64,000 nucleotides of DNA from NCBI RefSeq assembly GCF_009914755.1, contig NC_060944.1. One strand, written 5' to 3'. Below the pieces are notes generated by a model. It was not told where the DNA came from and made no database searches. It worked only from the letters and a program-made list of their open reading frames with translations. The translations under genes and the position numbers were made by a program. Positions 29,656-43,426 of the stretch are shown one piece after another. This stretch comes from the human T2T-CHM13v2.0 reference genome, Homo sapiens. Within the stretch, counting starts at the first letter, position 1, and the number at the start of each line of letters is the position of its first letter.

Positions 29656-30113
29656 AAAATGAGAATGTCTGGATTTGAAGGAAGAAAAGGATTCAAAGAA
29701 ATTCTGCCCTGCGTTCTGCTGATGGCAGTTTTATTTGAGAACTCTTGCACTGTCAAATGTTTCTTAGTTCATCGCCCAATTTAATATTTCAGAAAAGTCA
29801 TCCAAGGACTGTTTTCTTTTGTGGTTTTCTTTCTGGCAGCATTCTATGGCTTCTCTGTTCTTGGAGTGTTCTTCTGCCTTGACAAGGTAAAGTTCATGCC
29901 TAAGCATGTGCAGAAACTCAAGGTCAAGTGCACCACTGAGCACCTTCAGAGTGAATTTTTAGGGGATAATGTTGTCACAACTGTCTTCATCATCAAACAG
30001 CAAGCCTTCATGATAGGCCTGCCAGGGAGGTGGCCCTGCCAGCCTGCTGCCTCTTGTCCCTTTCCCAGTTTACACTGTTATTTCTCCATCTTGCCCTGAC
30101 TTTTGCCCAATAA

Positions 30114-30581
<468 letters not shown>

Positions 30582-31904
30582 TAGAAATATTTTTGATATG
30601 TAACAGAAAAATATAGAACATAATAGGAAAAAGTCCCTCTTAAATGTTTTCGCTTTTATTTTTTGCATTATCCCAATAACCTGTTTCATTTATGTACTTT
30701 GTCTTCAGGGTGCAATTGTATGCAATATGTTTGGATTCTCTGCCACTTGCACTAACATTCTCTTGCCTTAATGCTGTCTCTTCTTATCTACTCATTTTCT
30801 GTTTCTCATCCTTTAACTTTTTTAAAGATTCTGTGCTTCTCACCAACATATTGCAATAAACTGCACTGTGCTTCCACCTTTCAGGCTTTTTAATGAAGGG
30901 AGTAAATTTAAGAATTAACTTGTTTCTCATGAAGGTCAAGTCAAGGATGTGTTGGAAGAAGACAGATGTCTTCTATTAGTTGTTCTTCTGTATTTTGTTT
31001 CAACCTACTGTTCTGAAGCAGCAATAGTAGTAAACATAAGGCCTTGTAAAAGAGTTTTTACACAATTTTTTTTTTAAATCTGTCCCCATCCCACTTTTGG
31101 TCTGACAGTGATTGCTTTTTACTTACTCCCTCTCTGTTCATAAAGAGGTAGTAATACTAAATTAATAGTGTTTGTGAAAATTCCTAGAAAAAATGTTATT
31201 CACATAGGATCTTTTTAAAAATTATCCTTATTCATTTTTAAGTGAGGTTTTAATGAAATGATAAAATGAATTATGTTTATCAACTTTGGAGTAGAGCTTT
31301 ATATATTCTGTTATGGATAGTTTTTTTATTATTTTAATGAAAGGAAAGTCAGAGTAGGGGGTAGAAAATAGAATAAACCTTTACCAAGAAGAAAGTAAAA
31401 TAAAGAGAATATGAACATATTTCTTTTTAGCTATGGGTATGACAAAAATGAACTCTGATTTGGAGATTAGGTAAACTGATGTTTTTCATAGCTTTTATTT
31501 ATTTATTTTTAGTAAGGAATATTTCTTTTTTAAAATCAGGCACTGTCTCTCACGTGATGATGAGAAAAAGCTTTTGGGAAAACCATTTGCACGTTAGATT
31601 ACAGGGTATTTATGCATATGTTTTCCCAGTAGTACTCACTATATTTTAAAACCTGATTAAGATGACATAAGATAAAATGTGGCGTATTGTGACTGAGAAC
31701 CCCTAGTCTCGAATGCTCATATTTAGTGGGTATAATGATGAAAACTATTTTCGAGGACATTTTTGAAAGATTCCAAAAACATACAGAAATATATCTAAAG
31801 CCAAAAAAGTAAGTAATATAAAAATATGAGTTTAAAAATAGTAATATGTGATTCAGAATAATTTCAAGTTTAACGTTATTTTCTAAGTTGATTATTTGCA
31901 AATG

Positions 31905-32340
31905 ATAGCTATTTGGATCCTGTTCTCTGAACAAACCCAGATGCAAGGGGTTGTATACAAGTGATTTATTAAGGAAGCTACTTCCAGGAGACATCAGTAA
32001 GAGAGTGGAGGAAGCAAGACATGGATGGAGAAGAGTTAAGTAAGGGTGAGCTTTCAGGTGAAGTCCCAACCTCAACCTAAGCTACTGAAAGCTGCAGAGC
32101 ACAAATTACACCTCGAGTTGCTTCTCCTGCATCTGTCAGACATGAACTATCAGCTCTCTGGGGAGATCTAGCATCTCAGGCACTTCCTGCTCTCTACACA
32201 TCTGAGTGAAGTAGCTCCAAGAAGCCAAAGGTAGTCAAAGGCTGCAAGTGTCACTTGTTTGGAATAAAGCTGATAGACGCTGGGGGATGGGTGTCTAGCC
32301 AGTAAGGGAGCCTAGCAGGGAACCAGGCTAGTATCAATAG
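31905..32340 (-). mobile_element. ERVL LTR (LTR16-like)
   Basis: CAAGTGATTTATTAAGGAAG...GAGTGGAGGAAGCAAGACA resembles reverse LTR16. Confidence 0.55.
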
Positions 32341-33381
32341 AGGTTCCTGCAGGAGCTTTAGGCAAACTTCCTGAGTAATTGGAAAATGGCTCTACATTGA
32401 TTTTTTTTCAATCATTCATAGTTCTTAATATGAACAGCTAGCTTCGTTTTGTGTACATACATTAGTGTTGAGATTGATCAACAGTCGAATGAAAAGGAGA
32501 GTTCCTTTCTGGTAAAATTTACGCACTTAGGCAAAACCTTTGGGCTGATTTATTGATTGACTCAGTGAATGTTCTTCTCAGGAAAATTCATTAAGCATGA
32601 TGTTCCCTTTTAGACATATCCAGCTCCTACCCCCACAAATTAGCATCGGAAAAGATTTGGTTGAATTCCGTCTGTCTTGCCAGAAAGCCAAAAGCAATGT
32701 TAAGAAGCAAATCTTCTTTGAAAGGGAGGGGAAAAAAGACCACACTTGTCAACTTAAAATATCTCATTTTGGAAAATAGATTAACTCATTACATATTCAC
32801 AATGTCTTATGAGAGGAAAAGGTCATCAAAATGCAAACCTTTGGCAGAAAAAAAATTGTGATACATTTTGGAATAAATAACTGGAGAAAATGAGACTATC
32901 CAGATGGATATAACCAATCAGCTACTAAGGTAAAGCAAGGATAAATGCCGTCTATCTATACTTCAGAAAATATGGAAGTCACCAGATATGCCATACTGTG
33001 TGATGAGAGAGAAAAGAAAATACGTTGGTTGAGAAAATACGTTGGTTACTCACTCAAATGTATCATGCACAGGGCTGAATCAAAACATGTGGAAATCAGC
33101 CGAGCATTTTTAGAACCTCTCCTTGACACAGTCTGGCCTCTAGGGCCCAATGTGGAAATTGCTGCTTTAATCTACAGTGATATTAGAGCTACTGATAAGC
33201 ACAGTAGTCTGAAGAAGACTTCTCAGTTTTATTAGTAGTTTTCTCATTGCTCTTAGAATTCTGATGCAGCTACTTTATAACTGGATGTAGGAAGCCTGTC
33301 CAAGTGTCAGAATGCCCTACCCGTTCTAGACCTAATTAGCCTTCTCTGTGGGCAGCCATTGTCTTCATTTAATATCTAGGG

Positions 33382-33568
33382 CAGAGATTCTCAAACTTCA
33401 GATTGCATCTGAATCACTGGGAGGTGAATCACCCAGCACAGATTGTCGGGCCACCCCAGAGTTTCTAATTTAGTAGGCCTAGAGTTGAACCAGAGAATTT
33501 GCATTTTTCACTTGTTCCCAAATGATGATGATGCCATAGGTCAAAGGACCACACTTGGAGAACCACTG
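33382..33568. mobile_element. MER5A
   Basis: CAGAGATTCTCAAACTT ... GGACCACACTTGGAGAACCACTG. Confidence 0.88.
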
Positions 33569-35132
33569 GTGTGGAGAAATGAAGGCATTTAAGTCCTATA
33601 AGCAGATAAGTGATGGATTCAAATATTATATTAAGGTAAGATTGAGGGAGTAGTTTGCACTGCCAGTTAAAAAAACTTGGCTGGCTGTTCAGCCACAGTG
33701 AAATAGGTGTAAACCAGAGATAACATTTTAGATGATTCAAAGGGGAAATCTGGCTACATTTATATCATCTGGAGTTTTCAAGTGGAAACAGCTTGTTTGC
33801 CTGATGAATCTATATCATTCCATATTTCTTATCAAAAGACCTTTTATGAAAATCAGATTCTATGCTCACCCAAAATATTCAGGAAGATAGTTTTTAGCAC
33901 TTATGAAACTATTTGCAAAATGATGGATGCTGTTTCTAGTTAATCTGATTAGTCTGAAATGAGGAATTTAGCTTATCACAGGCAGTAATAGAAAATTGTA
34001 ACAATGCCATCTTTATCATCATAGTTGTGATTTTTTTTAACTCTGAGTTCTGAATACATGCAACATCATTCATTCTTCATCCATAAAGATGTGGAGAATT
34101 CCTCTGTGAGAAGCCTGTAATATATAAGAACTGGAAAAATAAAACACGTGCTATAAAGAGCCAATATATTTCTGAAATTATTCATCTTTAAATATATATA
34201 GATTATCCATGGTGATTATGGAACTTTTTCTCAGGTTTTTAATGTCAACCTAATAAGTTGACATCTCGTTAAAATGAAGGCAGTTACTAGCATGTTAAAT
34301 CTGACCTGTTTTTCATTCATCATTTGAAAGAAATTACAAAAATATATCTCTTAATATAATGTTTCCTAGAATCCAGAAGCAAGTGTGGCAGTTTCTTCCC
34401 TCAGAGTCATAGATGCATGCAACTATACCATAAATACTGTTACAATTAAGTTTTATTCATTTTACCTCTTAATAAAGCCGTGGTGCTATACATATAATTT
34501 TATGTTTAGCTGCATTTAACTTTCAACTTTGGAAGTGTTTTACTCTTAGATGAGCGTGTAGGAGTTTCTAAGGTTGCTGAAGAAGGAAGTAAGAATGAGA
34601 ATATTTGGCTATTGCACAACCAGCCACCAAACTATCTCACCTGGCAATCTGCAAGGAATAAATTAACTGCATATCTGCTGATATAGTTCACATTGCCTTG
34701 TGCAGACACAGCCTCTGAAAACTAGTGTTATATTTATTTATCATGATTATTTTTTCATATACGTGAAAAAAGACTTAAGTGGTTTTCTTTCATTTATGTT
34801 ACACAATACTCCTGCTACCTTATCAATATCCAAAATTTTTAGAAAAAAGTAAGTTTGGGGATATGTGGATTACTTTTTCTATTATGTACATAGGGTCAAT
34901 GATCCTGGGCAATTAACATATTTTCTCTGGGACTTAGTTTCCTCATCTGTGTTCTCTTTCCGTTCCCAGTTACTATGATTCTATTATAGTAATTGTTTCT
35001 GTTTGGGCACATTCAATAATGGTGACAGCATTGCAGTCATTTTTATGCAGGGTGGGTGGAGTGCCAAGATACGTAAATTCATTTTCATTCCTTTTTAATT
35101 AGTTGCATTAGAACTTGGAAACAATGGGGTTA

Positions 35133-35725
35133 GTGTATTAGTTATCTATTGCTTCATAACAGACTACCACAACTTAATGGCTTAAAACAACAAACATTTA
35201 TTATCTCACAGTTTCAGTGGGTCAGGGTCTCACCTGCTTAGGGTATCCTAAGGCTGAAATCAAGATGTCTCCTGGGCTGTGTTCTCATCTGGAGCTCAAA
35301 TTCCTCTTCCAAGCTCATTTAGGTTGTTGCCAGAATTCAGTTCCTTGTGGTGGTAGAACTGATGCTCTTATCTCCTGGAGGTCTTCTTCTCCATAGTCAG
35401 TACACAGCACAGCCAGCAGATTAGTGTCTCTGCTGCTTCAAGTCTCTTGCTTCTAAACCCTCTTTTGAATGGCCTACCCAAGATATCTCTCTTTTGGCTA
35501 ACTTTATGTTGTCTGATTGGGAACCTTAATTACACCTCAAAATTCACTCACTCTTGCTGTATTACATAACATAATGGTGGGAGTGATAGCCCAGCACCTT
35601 TGCCATATTGTATTGGTTAGAAGACAGCTGCAGGTCCCTCTCACACTCAGAGGGAGGGGATTACACAAAGGCATGGAAACCAGGAGACCCACATGAGTGT
35701 GGCCATCTTAGAGTTCTGCCCACCA
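35133..35725 (-). mobile_element. MaLR LTR (MLT1E/F-like)
   Basis: TGTATTAGTTATCTATTGCT...GGCTTAAAACAACAAACATTTATTATCTCACAGTT...GGCCATCTTAGAGTTCTGCC. Confidence 0.82.
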
Positions 35726-38141
35726 AAGGTAGGCAAAAATGCAGAGATTTGTGAGGAAATTGTGCAGTTGACCAACAGTAGTCAATAGTAGTCATAACTA
35801 TCTCTGTTAGTTTTCTCATCTGCAAAACAGAGAAATATGATAATTAGGTGACAGTATTATTGCAAAGACTAATGAGATAATACATGCAAATTTTGTTTTA
35901 CAATTCTTGGTATGCTGGTTCTCCATTATAAATACATACGATTATTATTGCTGTTATTATTAAGGATATTATTTGACTTTGCCACCTTTAGTGTGGGAAC
36001 CTTTAATCTCATCAATAATAATTTCTCAGTTTTTATTTTATTTGTACCGAGCAGACTCTTTAGATTAAAAAGTGCATTAAGAGAGATTGTCTGGGTTTTT
36101 TTGGTTCGGTATCTTCCTGTATACTGACCTTGGCTCCCGGAAGAATGCATGAACTCCAGACCTTGGTGGATTCCTTATCTCCCTAGGACAGGCAATGGGA
36201 CAATGAAGGAAGCAAGGAAATAAATTAAAAATGAAAAGTTATCTTCCACATTATCTGCCGCATTCATATACTTGCCAATAACATTGGGCCAAATACTTTG
36301 GAAGTAGGTCCAGGGATAACATTCAGACTGGAGAATGGAACCGATAATATCCGCAGGCATTGGATCACCCACTTTTTCCCCAATTTATGCTATGATATTT
36401 ATGAGAGCATGAGAGCATGGAAGGTAATTCCAACTGCTGTATTAATGAACTTTCAGTGTCCCTAGGTTGCTTGCAAAAATAAGGCATCTTGTTGGTTTTC
36501 TGGGTAAAGATGAGTCTGACTTGTATTTTATGTACTGTGTTCCTGTTAGGTCCAAAGTCTGAAATACCTAACATCTTCAGCAGGGTGTCATTCATTCATA
36601 AACCAGGATGAAATACAGCCTCTGTGCTGAACTTTATGTCAAACACTATACAAATCAGGATAAAAGTCCAAGGTCTTTTTGTCGAGGGATTCACACCAAG
36701 TGGTGAAACCCCATGTCAATTGACAGTTACAATACAACCTGTAACACATGAACGTTTTCATTGCTTGTCCCATTTCAAAGGTTGATCCTATTTTTCATTT
36801 ACCTATAACACATAAAAGTGAAAATTAGTTTCTCTAGAAGTTTTCTCTATTACTTAGGTTTTAAGTTTTTATGAAGTAGCTATAGAGTTCCAGGTTTTCA
36901 GATCTTTTTCTTTTTCTTTGTTTATTTACATTCCTTGTGTTTCTTCTAGATGCTTTACCTAACAACTTTTAACTTTTCTGCTAGGATCTTTCCCCTTTCA
37001 CTTAGAATGGGAAATCTTGCAAGCATAAGAATTTCTATATATTCAGTACTCGCTGCTTGCTAAGTGGAGATCTTAATTTAATATTTCAGTTGGTTTAGCA
37101 GCAGCCGAACGAGGGAGATGTTGCTGGCATCTGCACCTGTGTTTGACAGATGAGGATACAAGGCATGCATGAGCATCTGTAGCAACTTGTTTAATGCTAC
37201 ATTGATAACAAGTGATAATTTGAGGGAAGAACTTACATTTTCTGCCTCCTACTTCTATGAAATTTGCACTATATTAAATCTAAGTGTGTTTAAATAAAGA
37301 AAGCCAGATGTGTCATCTTTCTCTTTTCTCTGCCTTGGTTCTTATTGATGACCTATACCTCTCATTTCCATTGGTGTTTCTTACTGTGGGTCTCCACTGA
37401 AAGTTGTGGAAATAAAGATGAAAATCATGCCTAGGAAACAAAGGAAAAGAGAGACCAGGTGGCAGACGGTGCAGAGATTTCTTTGAGAGGTACATTGCAC
37501 AGATTTTTCACCCCCTCAGAAGTGGAATAAAGTTAAGGAACAAAGAATTGAGTCTAAGTCCATCTGCTTCTTGTTAAATGAAAACTATTTGTTAAAATAC
37601 TCTAAAATCATTTTTTTAAAAAAATTGTGCATTTTAAGGAGGTTTGGCAGTCAGTAAAATATATTAATGTATTCTACTTTTGGTAAATCAAAATAGACCA
37701 ACTTAATGACTATACCACACATGTATGTGGAGATATACATAATCACAATGCACACACCCAGCCATTAATATCTTCTCTGTGAAATGTTTATGACTGTAAT
37801 TGCTGTTCTGATTATATACTGTGTGAACCTGAAACACATTATTATATTGGGTGACTAATGGAATTCAATAACAATGCACAGAAATTGGGATTCTGGAAAG
37901 AGTTGAGTTTTAAACTGTATTTCCTCCTCAGTTTGAAGTGGATTTCATGTCTCATCTACCACACAGTATGCTTATGGCTGATGGATTGAAATCTCTCTGC
38001 TAAATAGTAAACAACCAAGACAATTCAGTCTTCTCTTAGCTTGCCTGCTTTCTCGTCACTCATTCAAAATATTTTTGTTAAATACCCAAAACCCATTAAT
38101 TAGTAATAATGGGTTTTGAGTATTTTGTTAAATACCCAATA

Positions 38142-38551
38142 CCTCAGTTTGTTTAAGAGTTTAAGAGTTTCTGTTTTCCAGCTTTGTGGAATTCATTATT
38201 TCTTTACGACTTTCTTTGAAAGAGAGATCACAGGGTATATATGTGGAAAACTTGGGTTTGAGTGAAGACCCTAAAATTAATTATTCATGTATTCAGTCAA
38301 TAACTTTACCACACTAACAATGCACAGAAATTGGGATTCTGGAAAGAGCTGAGTTTTAAATTGTATTTCTTCCTGAGTTTGATAATTAACATCTTCAGCA
38401 GGGTGTCGTTCATTCACAAACCAGGATGAAATACAGCCTGTGTGCTGAACTTTATGTTAAACACTGTACAAACAGAGATAAAAGTCCAAGGTCTTTTGTC
38501 GAGGGATTCACACCAAGTGGTGAAACCCCATGTCAATAGACAGTTACAATA
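38142..38551. repeat. Mosaic of three locally templated copies (inverted 39506-39668; direct 37869-37936; direct 36569-36734)
   Basis: Alignment by eye: 38142-38315 = reverse complement of 39506-39668; 38315-38382 = 37869-37936; 38387-38551 = 36569-36734; each differs at roughly 5-8% of positions. Confidence 0.93.
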
Positions 38552-38721
38552 TTATTGTAATATTACTGTTAATTCACTTTTATCCATGCTGTTAATTCAT
38601 TTTTATCCATACTGACAAAAAGAGAGGGCATATCCATCAATGCATCAGTGGATGCATCTGAGGTCCTAAGAGTGTGATCTCCAAGCTTTGCAGGGTGTCA
38701 TTAATGGCCTTGGAAATAAAG

Positions 38722-38801
38722 GGTTCTTTTAGTACATGCCTCGTTTAATGATTCCGGTAGGTTCTTTTAGTACATGCCTCCTTTAATGATTCCGGTAGGT
38801 T
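38722..38801. repeat. 38-bp tandem duplication
   Basis: GGTTCTTTTAGTACATGCCTC(G/C)TTTAATGATTCCGGTA twice, followed by GGTT. Confidence 0.95.
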
Positions 38802-39265
38802 ATGTGACTTTAGGCACTTCAATTCCTTTCTCATTGTTGGATGGACTTCAAGGTTAGAGAGAACAAATTTTAATTTCTTTATTCCACTTTTCTAAAGATG
38901 TATCTAATGTTATGAAGTATAATGCAAAGGTTCTATGGGAGAACATCTGTGACAAACAAAACGATTTCAATTGTTGCTTGAGTTTCTGAACACCTAGGAC
39001 ATTTGCTTGGATAGAATATGATTTAATCCTAAAGAGAAATTATTAAAATAGCAGTCGATGGCATTTGTCATTCAATAGTTTTTTCTTCAGCTAACTCTCA
39101 CCACTAGGCACACTTTTACATTCAGTAAGTGTAATATTTTTATTTGAAAGTTCCCAATATAAAGAAATGATAGTTATAGATTCTTCATATTAACAAAAGT
39201 AATGTATTGCTTTATCAATGATATTCACATGAAAGGCCTTATAACAACATGAGTGAGTATATAAT

Positions 39266-39455
39266 TAGTGCTTCTCAAAGTGTGGTCATTGGACCAGCAA
39301 CGTCAGCATCACCTGGAGGTTTATTTGAGATGCAGATTCTCAGGCCTGCCTCAGACTCACGGAATCAGAAAGTCTGACAGGTGACACGGAGCAAATCTGT
39401 ATTTTACTAAGCTTTTCAGGTGACTGTAATGCAGGCTACAGTTGGAGAGCCACTG
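39266..39455. mobile_element. MER5A
   Basis: TAGTGCTTCTCAAAGTGTGGTC...CAGCATCACCTGG...GAGAGCCACTG. Confidence 0.88.
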
Positions 39456-40212
39456 ATACGGAAGGTATGATCATACCCATTTAATAGATGAAAAAATTGA
39501 TGCTCAGTGTGGTAAAGTTATTGACTAAATACATGAATAATTAATTTTAAGGTCCTCACTCAAACCCAAGTTTTCTGCAATATACACTCTGTAGTCTCTC
39601 TCTCAAAGAAAGGAGTAAAGAAATAATGAATTCCACAAAGCTGGAAAACAGAAACTCTTAAACTGAGGAAGGGCAGAAAGGGACCATTTCACTGCTTTAT
39701 TGTAATGAGTTGTTAAAACTATTGTCACGAGAAAATTAACCTAGAAAAAGTTTTAATGATACAAGAAACACTTTTGTGGTCATGCATTGGGTTCCTCATT
39801 TTCTTTTTAGTGGCAGAGAGAAAGGGATGCAGTTAAACTCCAGAGGGGTGGCTGTGGTATGTTAATAGAAGTGGGAGACACTATTTGAATCATCGCTTTG
39901 TAGCCAAATGAGTTCATGGACGGCATTTCCACCCAGGTCTTCCCCACGCCACATTACCCTTGATGACAGTGCCCTGCGGTGGTTTTCATGCACACAGTTG
40001 GCGTTAACTACCCTTCCGTGGCTTGGGGAATGAATCCTGGAAGTGGAATACAGAGTTCATTATCTGTAATGCAAAAGTCTATATAATGATGCCTGCTAAG
40101 ATCTAGTTCTTTGTTAATTCAATTTGGGCTTTGCGTATATAATCAAACAAGTTATGTTTAAGTCTATTGTTTCTTCAATTGGGAGGAATTTCCTTAAATA
40201 GAAAATATTACG

Positions 40213-40552
<340 letters not shown>

Positions 40553-40939
40553 TTAGGTAAAAATACTGTGTGTGAGAGATATATTTTTATCCTATATAGA
40601 TGTAAAACATCATGCAACATATATGGAAAATTACATCAAATGTAAATGTTACTGTTTTATAAATAATTATAAAGAGAACACCCATGTAATGACCACTAAA
40701 TCCCAAAGTGATTGTTGCTAATGCTCCATATACCTCTGTGACATATCCTAAGTGGGTTGTAGTTTTCTGCACACAATTCCTGCTTCTGTGAGTTTCTACC
40801 CGCAATTTCCTCTCTCTGAAACCACCACCCACCCTCCCACCCCGATCACACAGTTATAAGGCTGGCAAACTCTGTCTCATCCTTGTGTACTGGCTGAAAT
40901 CATGCCATAGCTCTCTGTAGCCAATGTCTGTAGGGCACT

Positions 40940-41075
40940 TTGAAATATTTCCTTTAGCATATAATATTTGACTTGCTTGTGAACTCATCGAAACTGGGAT
41001 CTTATCTTTGTATGTTTTAGTTTCTCAGTACTAGTGTATACCTGATACATTGTAGGCATTCAATAAATAATGCTC
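40940..41075 (+). mobile_element. L2 3' end
   Basis: CCTGATACATTGTAGGCATTCAATAAATA. Confidence 0.6.
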
Positions 41076-43324
41076 CAGTGAATTAATTACTGGCATTTTC
41101 ACTTGGATAAACCCCTCAAACCAACATCTCCAGAATGCACTATCATTTTGCCCAAACTTCTGAGTCTCAGTGTAGGAAAGGTGGAAACTGCAGCGTGTTT
41201 TATGACTTCCCTCTTTCCTTCAGTCAGTTCCTCCATTGCCATCTCTCTCCTCTTTCTTCCAATTACTTACCTTCATTTTGTCTCTCATCTTTCACCTCTC
41301 AGATCTCCACTTATTTCCCATCTTCTAGATTAAACTTCTTCAAGCTTGATTCCCTTACTGTTTCTCCTCTTCCAGCAAATATTTTGGTTGTCATTGCTGT
41401 AGAGATGAAGAAACCTGGACATATGCTTGACTTACTCATGTCTGGTTTTTCCACCGTTTCTTCACAGAGGGTTCTATAATGTGCATTTTCTGAAGTGAAG
41501 CATTGAACATGGTTGAGACCATTGTTTTCTAACACTCATAAGGTAACCTCCAATATTGTGGATGGTGTGGCCTTCGGGGAACTGTGGCACCAGTCACTCT
41601 GTATTGCAAATTCCTTGCTGGGTTGCCACCTGTCACACCCCAGGGGTTTGGGAGAATTTCCACAGGGTCAGACACAGCATGAAATGGGCTAAGGAACCCT
41701 CTAAAATGGGGAAAATGAAACTTACAAGGTCAGAGTGAGCAAGAGCAGAGACCCACTGTTTCCTGTCCACCCTTCATCTCACAGAGAGGTGTGTCAGGAG
41801 TTCTGTTGGACCTTCTGTGTGGGTTTGCATTCGAGGAGTGAGACTTCACCTTTAATTTGGCCTTTACTACAAGGCAATCTTAGGTGCAGAAAAATAATCA
41901 GACCAGTTTGCACCAGACATTTGGAACTGGCAGCAGCTGTTTGAAGAAGTTGACTAAGAGCAAAAGGTGCTGGTTCTTAGGGAGCTTGGCCTTTAAGAAG
42001 TTACAGCCACTCCTATCCAGAGGTTCTATTGGCAGCTGAATTAGGATGCAGTGCCTCCTTCCGGGAGAAGGGGATTCGATGCTCCATCCAACTTGCTCAT
42101 TGCCCAGGAATCATAGTTAGGACATCTGGAGTCACTTTAAGACAACTGCTCACTGCACCACAGTCCTACCTGGCTGGTGGTAGAGTCCACTGTCTAATGC
42201 AGCAACCTGTGTGTGTCACAAACCTCATGGCTCAGTCTCCTTAGCCAGACATTTAGGGTTTCCATTCTTTGGCCATATTCCTTTCTGATGTCATCTCTCA
42301 TGACTTCTTGTCACATGTTCTGTGGCCTAGCCAATGGAATATTGAATGTCCTCCCACGTGAATCCGCTTCCATCCTTCTACAATACCACTGTACCTGCAC
42401 CTTTGCAGTTCTTCCCTCCTGGATGCTTCTCTATCCTTCTCCCTACCTCCTTTCCCCGCAATGTTCTCTGTCTCTAAGTGTCTAAAGGCCACGAACACCT
42501 CAAGGTTCAGCCAAAACCTCTGGCCCTTTCTCATCTAGGCATTTGCTCATATTTTCCCCTCCAACTGGGAGGAACCCCTCCCCAACTTCTTTTTTTCCAA
42601 GCTTAATGATTTCTCATAAACTTTTCTCTGAGCCCCTAGGAAAAAAACTGTGTTTTCTTTGCTGCCCCCCAACCATAGTAGTCAACTTTAAAATTGGCAT
42701 TAACACATTCCCCCTTGTCTTACACATATACATTTCTTTACACTCCTATTTGATGACAGGTCCATCCAGGAAAGCAATCATATCTTCTATGCCTTATTCC
42801 CTAGAGTAACTTGTGTATTACAGGTGTTCAATGATGGGTAATGATTAAGTGAAAAGATCAGGGCATGAGGTATGTGTGCAAAAGGCTGGGGGCTGTCAGA
42901 GGCAGATTCGTATCTCTGCCTTGGCCAGATAAGCTGGGTATGTATGTGAGCCGATGGGAGCATCCCACTCCGTCCTCCTCCCTAATCTTTCTCTCTACCG
43001 ACATACCCTCATACCCTCACCTACGCTCAGTGACTCCCAGGATTATATTCAAAAGTAAGAACAAGAAGACCTGATTCATCATGATTTAGGAATGGCTTGT
43101 AGGATAGACTGGGGACATAACCACACACTTTTTGCTTTCAAAATGTATAACTGAGCAGTTAGCAGTTAGCTGTCTTTTGTTTCCAACCTAATTCAATTGA
43201 GAAGTGATATAAGAGGAAAGAAATATCCCAACTGCAGAGAAGTCTTCAGTCAAGTCTCAAGATAATTTTTTTAAGTGATGTCAATGACATAAAACAAAGA
43301 GGAAAGGTCTGTGTCGTTGCTTAA

Positions 43325-43426
<102 letters not shown>

